Both the position numbers and the translations under genes were made by a program. A stretch of DNA of 64,000 nucleotides from positions 256,001 through 320,000 of the forward strand of contig CAXBMO010000005.1 in assembly GCA_963977015.1 (NCBI GenBank). The letters are read 5' to 3'. This document shows, one piece after another, positions 1 through 8,323 of this stretch. Positions within the stretch are counted from its first letter, which is position 1. Each line of letters starts with the position of its first letter. This DNA is from an uncultured bacterium (lineage in GTDB: Bacteria > Verrucomicrobiota > Verrucomicrobiia > Verrucomicrobiales > DEV007). The notes beneath the pieces are model-generated. The model had not been told where the DNA came from, did no database searches, and saw nothing but the letters and a program-made list of their open reading frames with translations.

Positions 1-683
1 ACCAAGCCCGCTTCGCCAATGCGCTGACCGGGCGTGTTGAGCGTGCTCATGAGCTTGACGGCCTTATCGACGACGGCTTGGGCGGCCAGTCCGCGTTTGA
101 TGGCGGTGGTGAGGATTCCAGTGCCGAGCGGCTTGGTGAGGACGAGGATATCTCCGGGCTTGGCGCCAGCGTTCGTCATCATGTTTTTCGGATGAACCAT
201 TCCGGTAACGGAAAGTCCGTAAATGGGCTCCGGATTTTTGATGGAGTGACCGCCGGCGAGGGCGCATTTCGCCTCTTTGACCTTCTCGGCGCCACCTTTG
301 AGAATCTCGTTGATGATCTCGCTGCTGACCAGGTCGACCGGCATGCCCATGACGTTCATCGCGGTGATGGGACGACCTCCCATGGCATAAACATCCGAAA
401 GCGAGTTCGTCGCGGCAATCTGGCCGTAGATGAACGGATCGTCGACAATGGGCGTGAAGAAGTCGACGGTCTGGACGAGGGCCCGCTCTTCATCGAGCTG
501 GTAGATACCCGCGTCATCAGACGTCGCTGATCCCACCAATAAATTGGGATCTTCATACTGAACTAACCCCCGCAAAACTTGCGTGAGCGCCGATTGGCTA
601 AGCTTGGATGCTCATCCCGCGCAGGAGGAAAGGGAGGTAAGTTTCAGTTTTTCGTCTGCTTTGGCAGCGTCAGGGGAACTCAT
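1..683 (-). CDS. selD: Selenophosphate synthetase (SelD/SenC), selenocysteine-containing; runs off the left edge of the window
   Basis: Manual translation from ATG 683 (alternative ATG 698): [103 protein letters not shown]...LAGGHS...LTKPLGTG. These are classic SelD motifs. The in-frame TGA at 614-612 occupies the catalytic Cys/Sec position. Not in the ORF track. Confidence 0.96.
567..587 (-). promoter_or_regulatory. Putative SECIS element of selD
   Basis: Hairpin CTCA-CGCA-AGTTT-TGCG-GGGG on the minus strand. The loop G lies 34 nt after the UGA, consistent with the bacterial SECIS model. Confidence 0.75.
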
Positions 684-772
684 GGTCGTAAGTTTCATGT
701 AAGGCGGTCCGGTGGAGTTTCCAACGAAACTTTTTGCGGATTCGCACGACAAAATGACAGAATAGCTGACGC

Positions 773-1723
773 ATGAAGATTTGAATCCTTACACCATCGG
801 CCGCAGTTTCGCGGACCGGGAATCGCTGCACGGCGAGCCAATGGGCCGAGATGATCGCCGGGCCGGGGTTGGTCATCTCAAAGTGCGAAGGATCGTGCAC
901 CGGTGGGCCGAAAATCCTGATTGGGCTTCATGCCGAGCGAAGCCACGCGTCGATCGTGAATTTTCGCGAGGAACATCCGGAGGGTCGCGTAATCCTGGCT
1001 CTGACGGGAACCGACATTTATCCCGCGCCCAATGAGACCTCACGCGAATCGATCGAATTGGCGGATCGGCTCGTCGTTCTTCAGCGCAGGGCGTTGAACC
1101 AGCTTCCGCCGGAATCGCGGGACAAGGCGCGGGTCATCATTCAGTCCGCGGTTCGCTTGTCTGACAAACCCGCGAATCCCGATACTTTTGACGTGTGCGT
1201 GGTCGGTCACCTTCGCGATGTCAAGGATCCGCTCCGGGCCGCCAAAGCCGCGCGCCTTCTCCCCGCCACGTCCAAGATCCGCATTCTTCACGCCGGCGGC
1301 CTACTCGATCCCCACTACGAAGAACTTGTCCAGATCGAACAGGCAGAGAACCCGCGCTATCACTACCTCGGCGAGTTGGACGAACAGGGAATCGCGGATT
1401 TGATGGCCCAAAGCCGGATTCTCGTCGTGTCGTCCCGCCAGGAAGGCGGCGCGCGGGTCGTCGGGGAAGCGATCGTGCATGATACGCCGGTGATTTCATC
1501 CCGGATCGATGGAGTCGTTGGCCTGCTCGGTCCGGAGTATTCCGGATATTTTGACGTTGGCGACACCGCAGGTCTCGCGAACCTTCTTTCCAAGGCGGAA
1601 ACAAATCCGGAATTTGCCGCAGCCCTCAACCGTGAAACCCAGGACGTCGCTCTTCAATTTGACCCGCAAGTCGAATGCGATGCCTGGAAACAGCTGATCG
1701 CTGAACTTACCCCCGCTTCATGA
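773..1723 (+). CDS. senB: Selenosugar synthase SenB (GT-B glycosyltransferase) with an in-frame UGA at codon 4
   Basis: ATG773 AAG ATT TGA ATC CTT ACA CCA reads MKI-U-ILTPSAAVSRTGNRCTASQWAEM and is in frame with ORF 851-1723. SenB-type motifs: GNxxTA, LHAxRS, LTGTDIY, VGHLRDVKDP, SRQEGGA. Lies between selD and an EgtB-like gene. Confidence 0.9.
797..819 (+). promoter_or_regulatory. Putative SECIS element of senB
   Basis: Hairpin TCGG-CCGC-AGTTTC-GCGG-A-CCGG. The loop G lies 22 nt after the UGA at 782-784, and the loop resembles the selD hairpin. Confidence 0.65.
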
Positions 1724-3012
1724 ATTGCTGCCCCCAAGAACTCCTCTCCTGTCTCGATGAAGCCGACTCGCGCATGGTTGCCCTCATTGACACGTTGACC
1801 GACGAACAGCTCCACGTGCCTTATGAACGTGGCATCAATCCGCCCATCTGGGAAATGGGCCATTCCGCGTTCTTCTTTGAGTATTTTTTGCTGCGAGAAC
1901 TCTACGGCGGCGAGGTCCGCATGCCGGGCTACGACGAGATCTGGGATTCGTTCGAGATTCCGCATCGCGAACGCTGGAGCCAGGGCGTCGTCCCGCCAAA
2001 AACCGAATCGTTCGATTACTATCGTCGCGTCATCGACGAGACGCGTTCCAAGCTCGATCGCGAATCCGAGCTTACCGGGAAGGAAGCCTACCTGACGAAG
2101 TACTGCATCGCCCACCAGTGCATGCATCTTGAGTCGCTCATCTGGTCGCGACAAACGCTGGGCTATCCTGCCCCACCCTTCTCCGAACTGGCTCCGGACG
2201 GACTCGAAACCACAATTGATTCCGGGGACGCGGAGATTCCCGGCGGAGACTACTTCATCGGCATTCCTGCTCACGATCAGAATGCGCCGGACGCGACCTT
2301 CAGCTTCGACAATGAACGCCCCGGGTTCACCAAACGACTCGAACCGTTCCAGATCTCCAAGACCCTGGTTTCCAATCAGGAATTCGCTGAGTTTGTCGAT
2401 GACGGCGGCTACGAGAATCCGGACCACTGGAGCTTTGGCGGCAAATACTGGCTGCGCGAGTCCGCCGCCAAACATCCCATCTACTGGCAAAAACGGGACG
2501 GAGAATGGTGGATGCGACGGTTCGATCAACTGGAACCGCTGCGTTTGAAAGCTCCGGCGCTTCATCTCTCGTTCCGCGAAGCGGAGGCATTCTGCAAATG
2601 GTCCGGGCGCCGTCTCCCTACCGAATTCGAATGGGAAGCAGCCGCCCGTGGCCCCGGGGCGTTTCTCTATCCCTGGGGCAACCAAATCGTCGATCACGCA
2701 GCCTGGGACCTCGACGCCAAGTATCTTGGCACGGCTCCGGTTACCGCGTTTCCTCAGGGAGCAAGTCCGTCCGGTTGTCTGCAAATGCTCGGCACCGCCT
2801 GGGAGTGGACCACGAGCCAATATCTCCCGTTCGACGGTTTCAAAGTCGACATGTATCCTTATATGTCGACCCTGCAATTTGGCGATCACAAGACCACGCG
2901 CGGTGGCGGCTGCGCGACGTCTTCCTGCATTATTCGCAACACCTACCGCCAAGCCTATTTTCCGGATCGAAACGACGTCTTCATTGGTTTTCGAACCTGT
3001 GCTCAGGATTGA
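1720..3012 (+). CDS. senA: Non-heme iron selenoxide synthase of the EgtB/OvoA family (SenA, possibly OvsA clade)
   Basis: DinB-like N-terminus (NPPIWEMGH; HQCMHLE metal motif) plus FGE-sulfatase domain (RLPTEFEWEAAARG, GTAWEWT, GFRTC). ATGA overlap with senB. Confidence 0.85.
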   Translation: MNCCPQELLSCLDEADSRMVALIDTLTDEQLHVPYERGINPPIWEMGHSAFFFEYFLLRELYGGEVRMPGYDEIWDSFEIPHRERWSQGVVPPKTESFDYYRRVIDETRSKLDRESELTGKEAYLTKYCIAHQCMHLESLIWSRQTLGYPAPPFSELAPDGLETTIDSGDAEIPGGDYFIGIPAHDQNAPDATFSFDNERPGFTKRLEPFQISKTLVSNQEFAEFVDDGGYENPDHWSFGGKYWLRESAAKHPIYWQKRDGEWWMRRFDQLEPLRLKAPALHLSFREAEAFCKWSGRRLPTEFEWEAAARGPGAFLYPWGNQIVDHAAWDLDAKYLGTAPVTAFPQGASPSGCLQMLGTAWEWTTSQYLPFDGFKVDMYPYMSTLQFGDHKTTRGGGCATSSCIIRNTYRQAYFPDRNDVFIGFRTCAQD

Positions 3013-3113
3013 ATCCCGGAATCGGGATCGCATTCCAATCCGATAATCCGATTATAATGGCTACGGAATAGCTTGATCCTGTAGTCTAGCGTCAATTCTA
3101 ACCCAATGACTTG

Positions 3114-3704
3114 ATGACTGACTTAAATAATTGGTGGGATGCGATGGGCACAGGCACTCAGATTTTTTACGGGATTGCGCTGCTTTCGACGCTCTGCCTT
3201 CTCATTCAAACAACGCTCTTGCTTTTCGGACTCGACCACGGCGGGGATCTCGACTTCGACGCCGACGCGACGGGAGATTTCGATCATGGAGATGACGGGC
3301 TTTCCCTGCTTTCGGTGCGCACCATCATTTCCTTCCTTGTCGGATTCGGCTGGGTTGGCGTCATCACCACCAAATCCGGTTTGGGCGTTCTCCTCGGATT
3401 GGTCTTCGCCACGATCGCAGGTTTCATCCTGATGTTGACCGTCTTCTGGATCATGCGAAGCTTTGCCCGCCTGCAGTCTGACGGAACCTTGAACTTCACC
3501 AACGCGATTGGAGAAATCGGAACGGTCTACCTACCCATTCCTCCGGAGAAACAATCGGCTGGCCAGATCGAAGTGATGATCCAGGGCAGGCTCATGGTGG
3601 TGCGGGCATTTACCAGTTCCGAGGAGAAACTCGACAACCGTTCCAAAGTCCGAGTGATCGATGTTGTCGGTGAAGACGCGCTCCTCGTTCAGCCCCTGAA
3701 CTAA
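3114..3704 (+). CDS. NfeD-like (YuaF-type) membrane protein
   Basis: Several TM segments and a C-terminal OB-fold pattern (GEIGTVYLPIP...GQIEV). Directly upstream of a flotillin. Confidence 0.8.
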   Translation: MTDLNNWWDAMGTGTQIFYGIALLSTLCLLIQTTLLLFGLDHGGDLDFDADATGDFDHGDDGLSLLSVRTIISFLVGFGWVGVITTKSGLGVLLGLVFATIAGFILMLTVFWIMRSFARLQSDGTLNFTNAIGEIGTVYLPIPPEKQSAGQIEVMIQGRLMVVRAFTSSEEKLDNRSKVRVIDVVGEDALLVQPLN

Positions 3705-3744
3705 CCCTTTACCTGGATTTTTTTAACACACAACCCAAAGACCC

Positions 3745-5286
3745 ATGATGGAAACCCAACCCATGCTCGCCATTGCTTTCGAGTTTATTATCGGAGCCGG
3801 CACCTTTATCCTGGCGATTTTCGCAACGATCATCGCCCTCGCCAGTCGCTATAAACGCTGCCCCCCGGACCGCATCCTTGTTCAATACGGACGCATCGGA
3901 AACCGAGGGGCCAAGAGCGCACGCTGCTCTCACGGCGGCGGCGCCTTTGTCTGGCCAATCATTCAGGATCACGCGTTTCTCGATCTGACGCCGATCCCCA
4001 TCGACATCCGGCTGGAGGGAGCACTCTCCCAGCAGAACATCCGCGTGAACACGCCCTCCACCTTTACGGTCGGAATCTCGACCGAACCCGGGGTGATGGA
4101 GAACGCCGCAGAACGCGTCCTGGGCCAGAGCCTGGAACAGGTGCGCGATTTGGCGAAGGACATCATCTTCGGCCAGATGCGCGTCGTCATCGCAACCATG
4201 CCGATTGAGGAAATCAACGCCGACCGCGACAAATTGATCGATTACATCTCGAACGGCGTCGAAGTGGAGTTGAAAAAGGTCGGGCTACGGCTTATCAACG
4301 TCAACATCCAGGATATTACCGATGAATCCGGATACATCGACGCGCTCGGACGCGAAGCCGCGGCCCGGGCGATCAACGATGCCAAGATCAAAGTCGCCGA
4401 GAAAGAGCGCGATGGAGAGATCGGGAAAGCCAGCGCCGAAAAAGTACAACGCACAGAAGTGGCCGCGCTGCATGCCGCCGCGACCGAAGGGGAAAACATT
4501 GCTGCGGTCACGGTCGCCCAGTCGATGGCGGCTCGTCGCGAAGCGGAAGCGGAAGCCCAACGTCGTGGTCAGGCAGCCGAGATGGTGAAAGTTGCCGAAG
4601 CCAAGAAGGAAGCTTACCTCGCCGAAGAAAACGCTGAGCGCCAGCGGGCCAAGCGGGAAGAAGCAACCCAATACGCCAACGTCGTTGTTCCTGCGGAAAT
4701 CGAGAAGCAGCGCATTGAAACGCTGGCTGAAGCCGCCGCTGAAAAAACGCGGCGTGAGCGCACCGGTGAGGCCGACGGTCTCCGTGCCGTTCGTCAGGCC
4801 GAAGCCGATGGTATCAAAGCCGATCTGGTTGCCAAAGCAGAGGCCCTCAAGGTCGAAGCCGAAGGAATCAAGGCACAGCTCGATGCGAAAGCCGAAGGTA
4901 TCCGGAACCTCTACGGATCAGCCGGAGAAGATGCCGATTTCGTGAGCCTCATGCTCGTGATCGAACAACTGCCTCAACTGATCGAGGAGCAGGTCAAAGC
5001 CGTCTCCAACCTGAAGATCGACAAAGTCACGGTCTGGGATGGCGGCAGCAACGGCAAGGGAACTGGTGGCACGACCGACTTTGTCTCGAATCTGGTCAAG
5101 GCGCTCCCGCCCCTGCACGAGTTAGCCGGAAACGTGGGCGTCAAGCTGCCTGAGTATTTCGGCCAGTTGACCGACGGAGGAAAACCAAATGGAGCTTCGG
5201 AACCCCCAATTCGGGTGGCGGAAGCCGAGGCCAAAGTGGCGAACCCGACTCCGAAACTGCCGGAGAAACCTTCCAAAGCCAGCTAA
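3745..5286 (+). CDS. Flotillin/SPFH family protein
   Basis: N-terminal TM, SPFH domain (GGAFVWPIIQ, INVNIQDITD), Ala/Glu-rich coiled coil, KIDKVTVWD. Confidence 0.92.
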   Translation: MMETQPMLAIAFEFIIGAGTFILAIFATIIALASRYKRCPPDRILVQYGRIGNRGAKSARCSHGGGAFVWPIIQDHAFLDLTPIPIDIRLEGALSQQNIRVNTPSTFTVGISTEPGVMENAAERVLGQSLEQVRDLAKDIIFGQMRVVIATMPIEEINADRDKLIDYISNGVEVELKKVGLRLINVNIQDITDESGYIDALGREAAARAINDAKIKVAEKERDGEIGKASAEKVQRTEVAALHAAATEGENIAAVTVAQSMAARREAEAEAQRRGQAAEMVKVAEAKKEAYLAEENAERQRAKREEATQYANVVVPAEIEKQRIETLAEAAAEKTRRERTGEADGLRAVRQAEADGIKADLVAKAEALKVEAEGIKAQLDAKAEGIRNLYGSAGEDADFVSLMLVIEQLPQLIEEQVKAVSNLKIDKVTVWDGGSNGKGTGGTTDFVSNLVKALPPLHELAGNVGVKLPEYFGQLTDGGKPNGASEPPIRVAEAEAKVANPTPKLPEKPSKAS

Positions 5287-5336
5287 CCCAGAGTCCATCC
5301 CGGTCATCGAACCTGACCACGCTGAGATGGAGCACC

Positions 5337-5380
5337 AAAAGAGCCGTTTCCCGGAATCAACCCGGGAAACGGCTCGTTCT
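5337..5380. terminator. Intrinsic terminator between convergent genes
   Basis: 14-bp perfect stem GAGCCGTTTCCCGG/CCGGGAAACGGCTC preceded by AAAA. Confidence 0.8.
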
Positions 5381-5413
5381 TGTGGAAGGAGATTCTCCAA
5401 TCCCGATGATGCT

Positions 5414-6079
5414 CTAATTCAGCTCGCGAATCTTCAGATTGCGCCAAGCGACATCAAAGGGGCCATTGTTACCGACAGAATGCACCTGAAGGCCAATGAA
5501 ACCTTTGGGGTGTGTCTTGAACTTCTCTTCGTCGACAAGATCAGAGATCTGCTGACCATTGATCCAAACCTGAATTCGCGGACCTGACGCAAGAATCCGA
5601 TAGGTGTTCCACTCGCCATCCTTGAAGTGTTTGTGAGGTTTCAGATCCTCTTTCGGAGTCATCCAACCACCGACCGCCTCGCCGTAAATGTATCCGGCTT
5701 CCGCACCCTTCGATCCGCTCGCCTCGATTTCCACCTGTGGTCCATTGACTCGACCATCGGGTTTTCCGTCCTTTTGATTGGAACGAATTTGCACCCCGGA
5801 GTTGAGACTGTTGTGACACTTCACTTCAAAAATGAGCTCAAAGTCGCCATACAATTTGTCGGTGCAAAGAAAGGAATTGGGGCTCCCTTTTACGGTTGTG
5901 CCGACAATGGTATTTTCTTTGACTTCATAAGTCGCGGTGCCGTTTTTCTGGGTGAAACCGTCAAGGTTCTTTCTATTAAACAGTTCCGTCCAGCCTTCGC
6001 TCGCCTCCTCGCTTTGCGCCCAAGCGGAAAGGGCTACGACAACGGAAAAGCACGATAAGACAATCATTGGTTTTTTCAT
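5414..6079 (-). CDS. DUF1080 (3-keto-disaccharide hydrolase-like) secreted protein
   Basis: Signal peptide, LFNxKNLDG, NSGVQIRS, EWNTYRI, GFIGLQVH, WRNLKIREL. Confidence 0.9.
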   Translation of the reverse strand: MKKPMIVLSCFSVVVALSAWAQSEEASEGWTELFNRKNLDGFTQKNGTATYEVKENTIVGTTVKGSPNSFLCTDKLYGDFELIFEVKCHNSLNSGVQIRSNQKDGKPDGRVNGPQVEIEASGSKGAEAGYIYGEAVGGWMTPKEDLKPHKHFKDGEWNTYRILASGPRIQVWINGQQISDLVDEEKFKTHPKGFIGLQVHSVGNNGPFDVAWRNLKIRELN

Positions 6080-6199
6080 GTGCGGCGACGATAGCGAGCT
6101 TTCTTTCCGAAGCAATAACCAGAAATATCTGCCTCGATTCGAATGGCCGGGAACGGCGGTCTCGTGAATCGGGAGGCTGCGCGGAGCGCAAACCGATCA

Positions 6200-7117
6200 C
6201 TACACTCCAATGGGCGGCTTGAAGCCCTCCGGTTTGATGACCAGGGTTGAGCACGGAGTGGCCCCAATCACCTTTTCCGCCGTCGTTCCGAGAAGCAGCA
6301 CGTTCAGTCCGGTGCGCCCGCGACTGGCGAGCACGAGCAAATCGATGTCATGTTGCTTCGCAAACTCAATGACTCCGTTGGATGGACTAACGCTTTCGGT
6401 GACGTGAGTCTCGACTTCCAATCCCTCCAGATCTTCCGCGCATTCTTGCCGGATGTCCCGGAACCCGGCTTCGGCTTCCTCGCGCCAGGGCGGCTCGCCA
6501 CCGGGGGGAATCACCTTCGACAGGGCGATCAATTCGCCCAATTTTTCGCCGACGGGCCGAATCACATTCACCAGATGCAGACGTGAGCCAAACTGCCGGG
6601 CGATGGCCGTGGCCTCCCGCACGACCAGTTTTGAGGTGACCGAAAAATCAAGGGCAGCTCCGATGTTCGAAAACGGCTCCTCCTGATGGTAGCGAACCAG
6701 CATCACCCGGATGGGCGCCTTGCGGACACACTTGGCGGCAACAACGCCCGTACGATCGTCGGATCCCGTGAGACCGCGCGTGCCCAGCACCAACAGATCG
6801 GCATCATGACGATAACAGGCCTCGACCAGTTCCAGGAACGGTTGCCCCATCAACACTTCGCACTTCACGGGACCGGGTCTTCCCAGCTGCTCGACGACCC
6901 ACAACTCGAGTTCTTCACGCCCTTTCTTCATCACCTCGGCCTTGGTCAGTTGAATTTTTGAAGCGAGATGCGCGTAGCTTTGCTCATCAATGATGTGAAC
7001 CGCGGTTACTTCCGCACCTTTGGCCCCGGCCAACCGGACCGTCTCCTTCAAGGCATTGGCGGAACAATGAGAGAAATCGATTCCCACGACAATGTGATGA
7101 CTGGTCATGAAACTCAT
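6200..7117 (-). CDS. Tandem-domain universal stress protein
   Basis: Two USP repeats (IVVGIDFS...DLLVLGTRG; AALDFS...DLLVLASRGRTG...LGTTAEKV). Confidence 0.92.
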   Translation of the reverse strand: MSFMTSHHIVVGIDFSHCSANALKETVRLAGAKGAEVTAVHIIDEQSYAHLASKIQLTKAEVMKKGREELELWVVEQLGRPGPVKCEVLMGQPFLELVEACYRHDADLLVLGTRGLTGSDDRTGVVAAKCVRKAPIRVMLVRYHQEEPFSNIGAALDFSVTSKLVVREATAIARQFGSRLHLVNVIRPVGEKLGELIALSKVIPPGGEPPWREEAEAGFRDIRQECAEDLEGLEVETHVTESVSPSNGVIEFAKQHDIDLLVLASRGRTGLNVLLLGTTAEKVIGATPCSTLVIKPEGFKPPIGV

Positions 7118-7259
7118 GATCTCATTTCCCAAGCATTTTTGCAGCGCGTAGCTTGCACATCGCTCGCCGCCTGTTGGCAACGGTGCTTCCCAAAAACTTT
7201 TCCCACCTCAGACGCGCACGCCTGGCTCGCTCGGAATCACGCGAGGGTCTAAAAAATAG

Positions 7260-7353
7260 CGGAGTGGGAAGGAATCGAACCAACCTCGGCAAGGATCACT
7301 TGTCGACAACGGTTTTGAAGACCGCGGGGGCCACCAGGCACCCATCGCACTCC
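7260..7353 (-). tRNA. selC: tRNA-Sec (anticodon UCA)
   Basis: GGAGTGCGATGGGTGCCTGGTGGCCCCCGCGGTCTTCAAAACCGTTGTCGACAAGTGATCCTTGCCGAGGTTGGTTCGATTCCTTCCCACTCCG. Long D-stem with a 4-nt TGGT loop, CTTCAAA anticodon loop (TCA at 7318-7316), long variable arm, GTTCGATTC T-loop, discriminator G. CCA is not encoded. Confidence 0.95.
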
Positions 7354-7501
7354 ATTGGCTTATGCAGCGGAGAAGCTTGGTCTCTCAGTCGCTCCCGTCA
7401 ATAAAAACAGACAGGGTATCGTAGCATTTGCACATTTTTTTTTGTGTGCGACTAACCATCTCAAGCAGGGTTGCATCTCTCAACGGATCACAACAGCTAA
7501 T

Positions 7502-8266
7502 ATGAAATTCAATATTTGCTTGGCAGTACTACTCGTTTTTTGTCCCTTGGTTTTGTTCGGGCAGAAAGACAGTTTCCCTCCCCTTTCAGAGGAACAATCA
7601 ATGGCCGAGGGTTGGGTGGATGAGTATTCCGGGAAAACCATCAAGGCTGGCGATATGGCCTACAAACTCATCAATCATCGTATAAAGCATTCTCCGCGAG
7701 TTGGAATGCGCGCTCCCGAATTCAGACTCTATTCCATTCAGAGAAAAGAATTCGTTACCCTTGAATCGCTCCGTCGAGAAAAAGATGTTGTCCTGCTTTT
7801 TTCGAGTTGGACGTGCAATGTTTTTATGGAATCAGCATTGGGGCTATCTTCGCTGGCCTCCGAATTCAAGGATTCTGCCAATTTTGTATTCGTCTACATC
7901 CGTGAGGCACATCCCGGGAACGGCGGATTCGGGGAAATATTAGATCCTAGATCTGATGAGGAGCGAATTCAGGCAGCTCAGAGATTTAAGAATCAAGTCC
8001 GTCTTCCGTTCGAAATTCTGGTGGATCCTCACAAGGATCCAATGGCGACAAGGTGGGCAGCGTGGCCCGTCCGAGTCTATGTTGTCGATACCAACGGAAT
8101 TGTGATCTACAGCGGGGCACAAGGACCGTGGAGTTATCGCCCCTACGAAGGTTTTCTGCACGGCGACGGAAGCTGGGACGACATTGACCAAGGCTTCAAC
8201 GAGGACACTCTTGAATCCTTTTTGAGATCTCGTTTTTGCCGTGAGATAAGCACGGGGGCTCAGTGA
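7502..8266 (+). CDS. Iodothyronine deiodinase-like thioredoxin-fold protein (Cys form) with signal peptide
   Basis: APEFRL, FSSWTC, FVFVYIREAHP, WAAWPVRVYVVD...IYSGAQGPW. Start chosen at MKFNICLAVLL. Confidence 0.8.
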   Translation: MKFNICLAVLLVFCPLVLFGQKDSFPPLSEEQSMAEGWVDEYSGKTIKAGDMAYKLINHRIKHSPRVGMRAPEFRLYSIQRKEFVTLESLRREKDVVLLFSSWTCNVFMESALGLSSLASEFKDSANFVFVYIREAHPGNGGFGEILDPRSDEERIQAAQRFKNQVRLPFEILVDPHKDPMATRWAAWPVRVYVVDTNGIVIYSGAQGPWSYRPYEGFLHGDGSWDDIDQGFNEDTLESFLRSRFCREISTGAQ

Positions 8267-8323
8267 TTCACACAACGAAGGCCGACACCCAGAGGAGCGT
8301 TTTCAACTGATGACGGACGCTCC

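Noticed and set aside
356-556. 66-aa minus-strand ORF and ORF 78-530 (+) in the track
   Set aside because: Off-frame and antisense shadows of selD.
851-853. ATG 851 as the senB start
   Set aside because: It would remove the N-terminal strand and GNxxTA motif. Kept only as an alternative.
3010-3029. senA UGA stop followed by hairpin ATCCCG-GAAT-CGGGAT as read-through
   Set aside because: The protein ends at the normal family C-terminus (GFRTCA). The hairpin abuts the stop and lacks the AGUUU loop.
3106-3114. Mini-ORF ATG-ACT-TGA overlapping the nfeD start
   Set aside because: The UGA is out of frame with nfeD and has no SECIS-like hairpin. Probably chance.
3114-5286. nfeD-flotillin as part of the selenium pathway
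   Set aside because: A common stand-alone pair, separated from senA by a hairpin-containing spacer. No evidence of linkage.
7814-7860. Relic SECIS after the deiodinase Cys codon
   Set aside because: No convincing hairpin.
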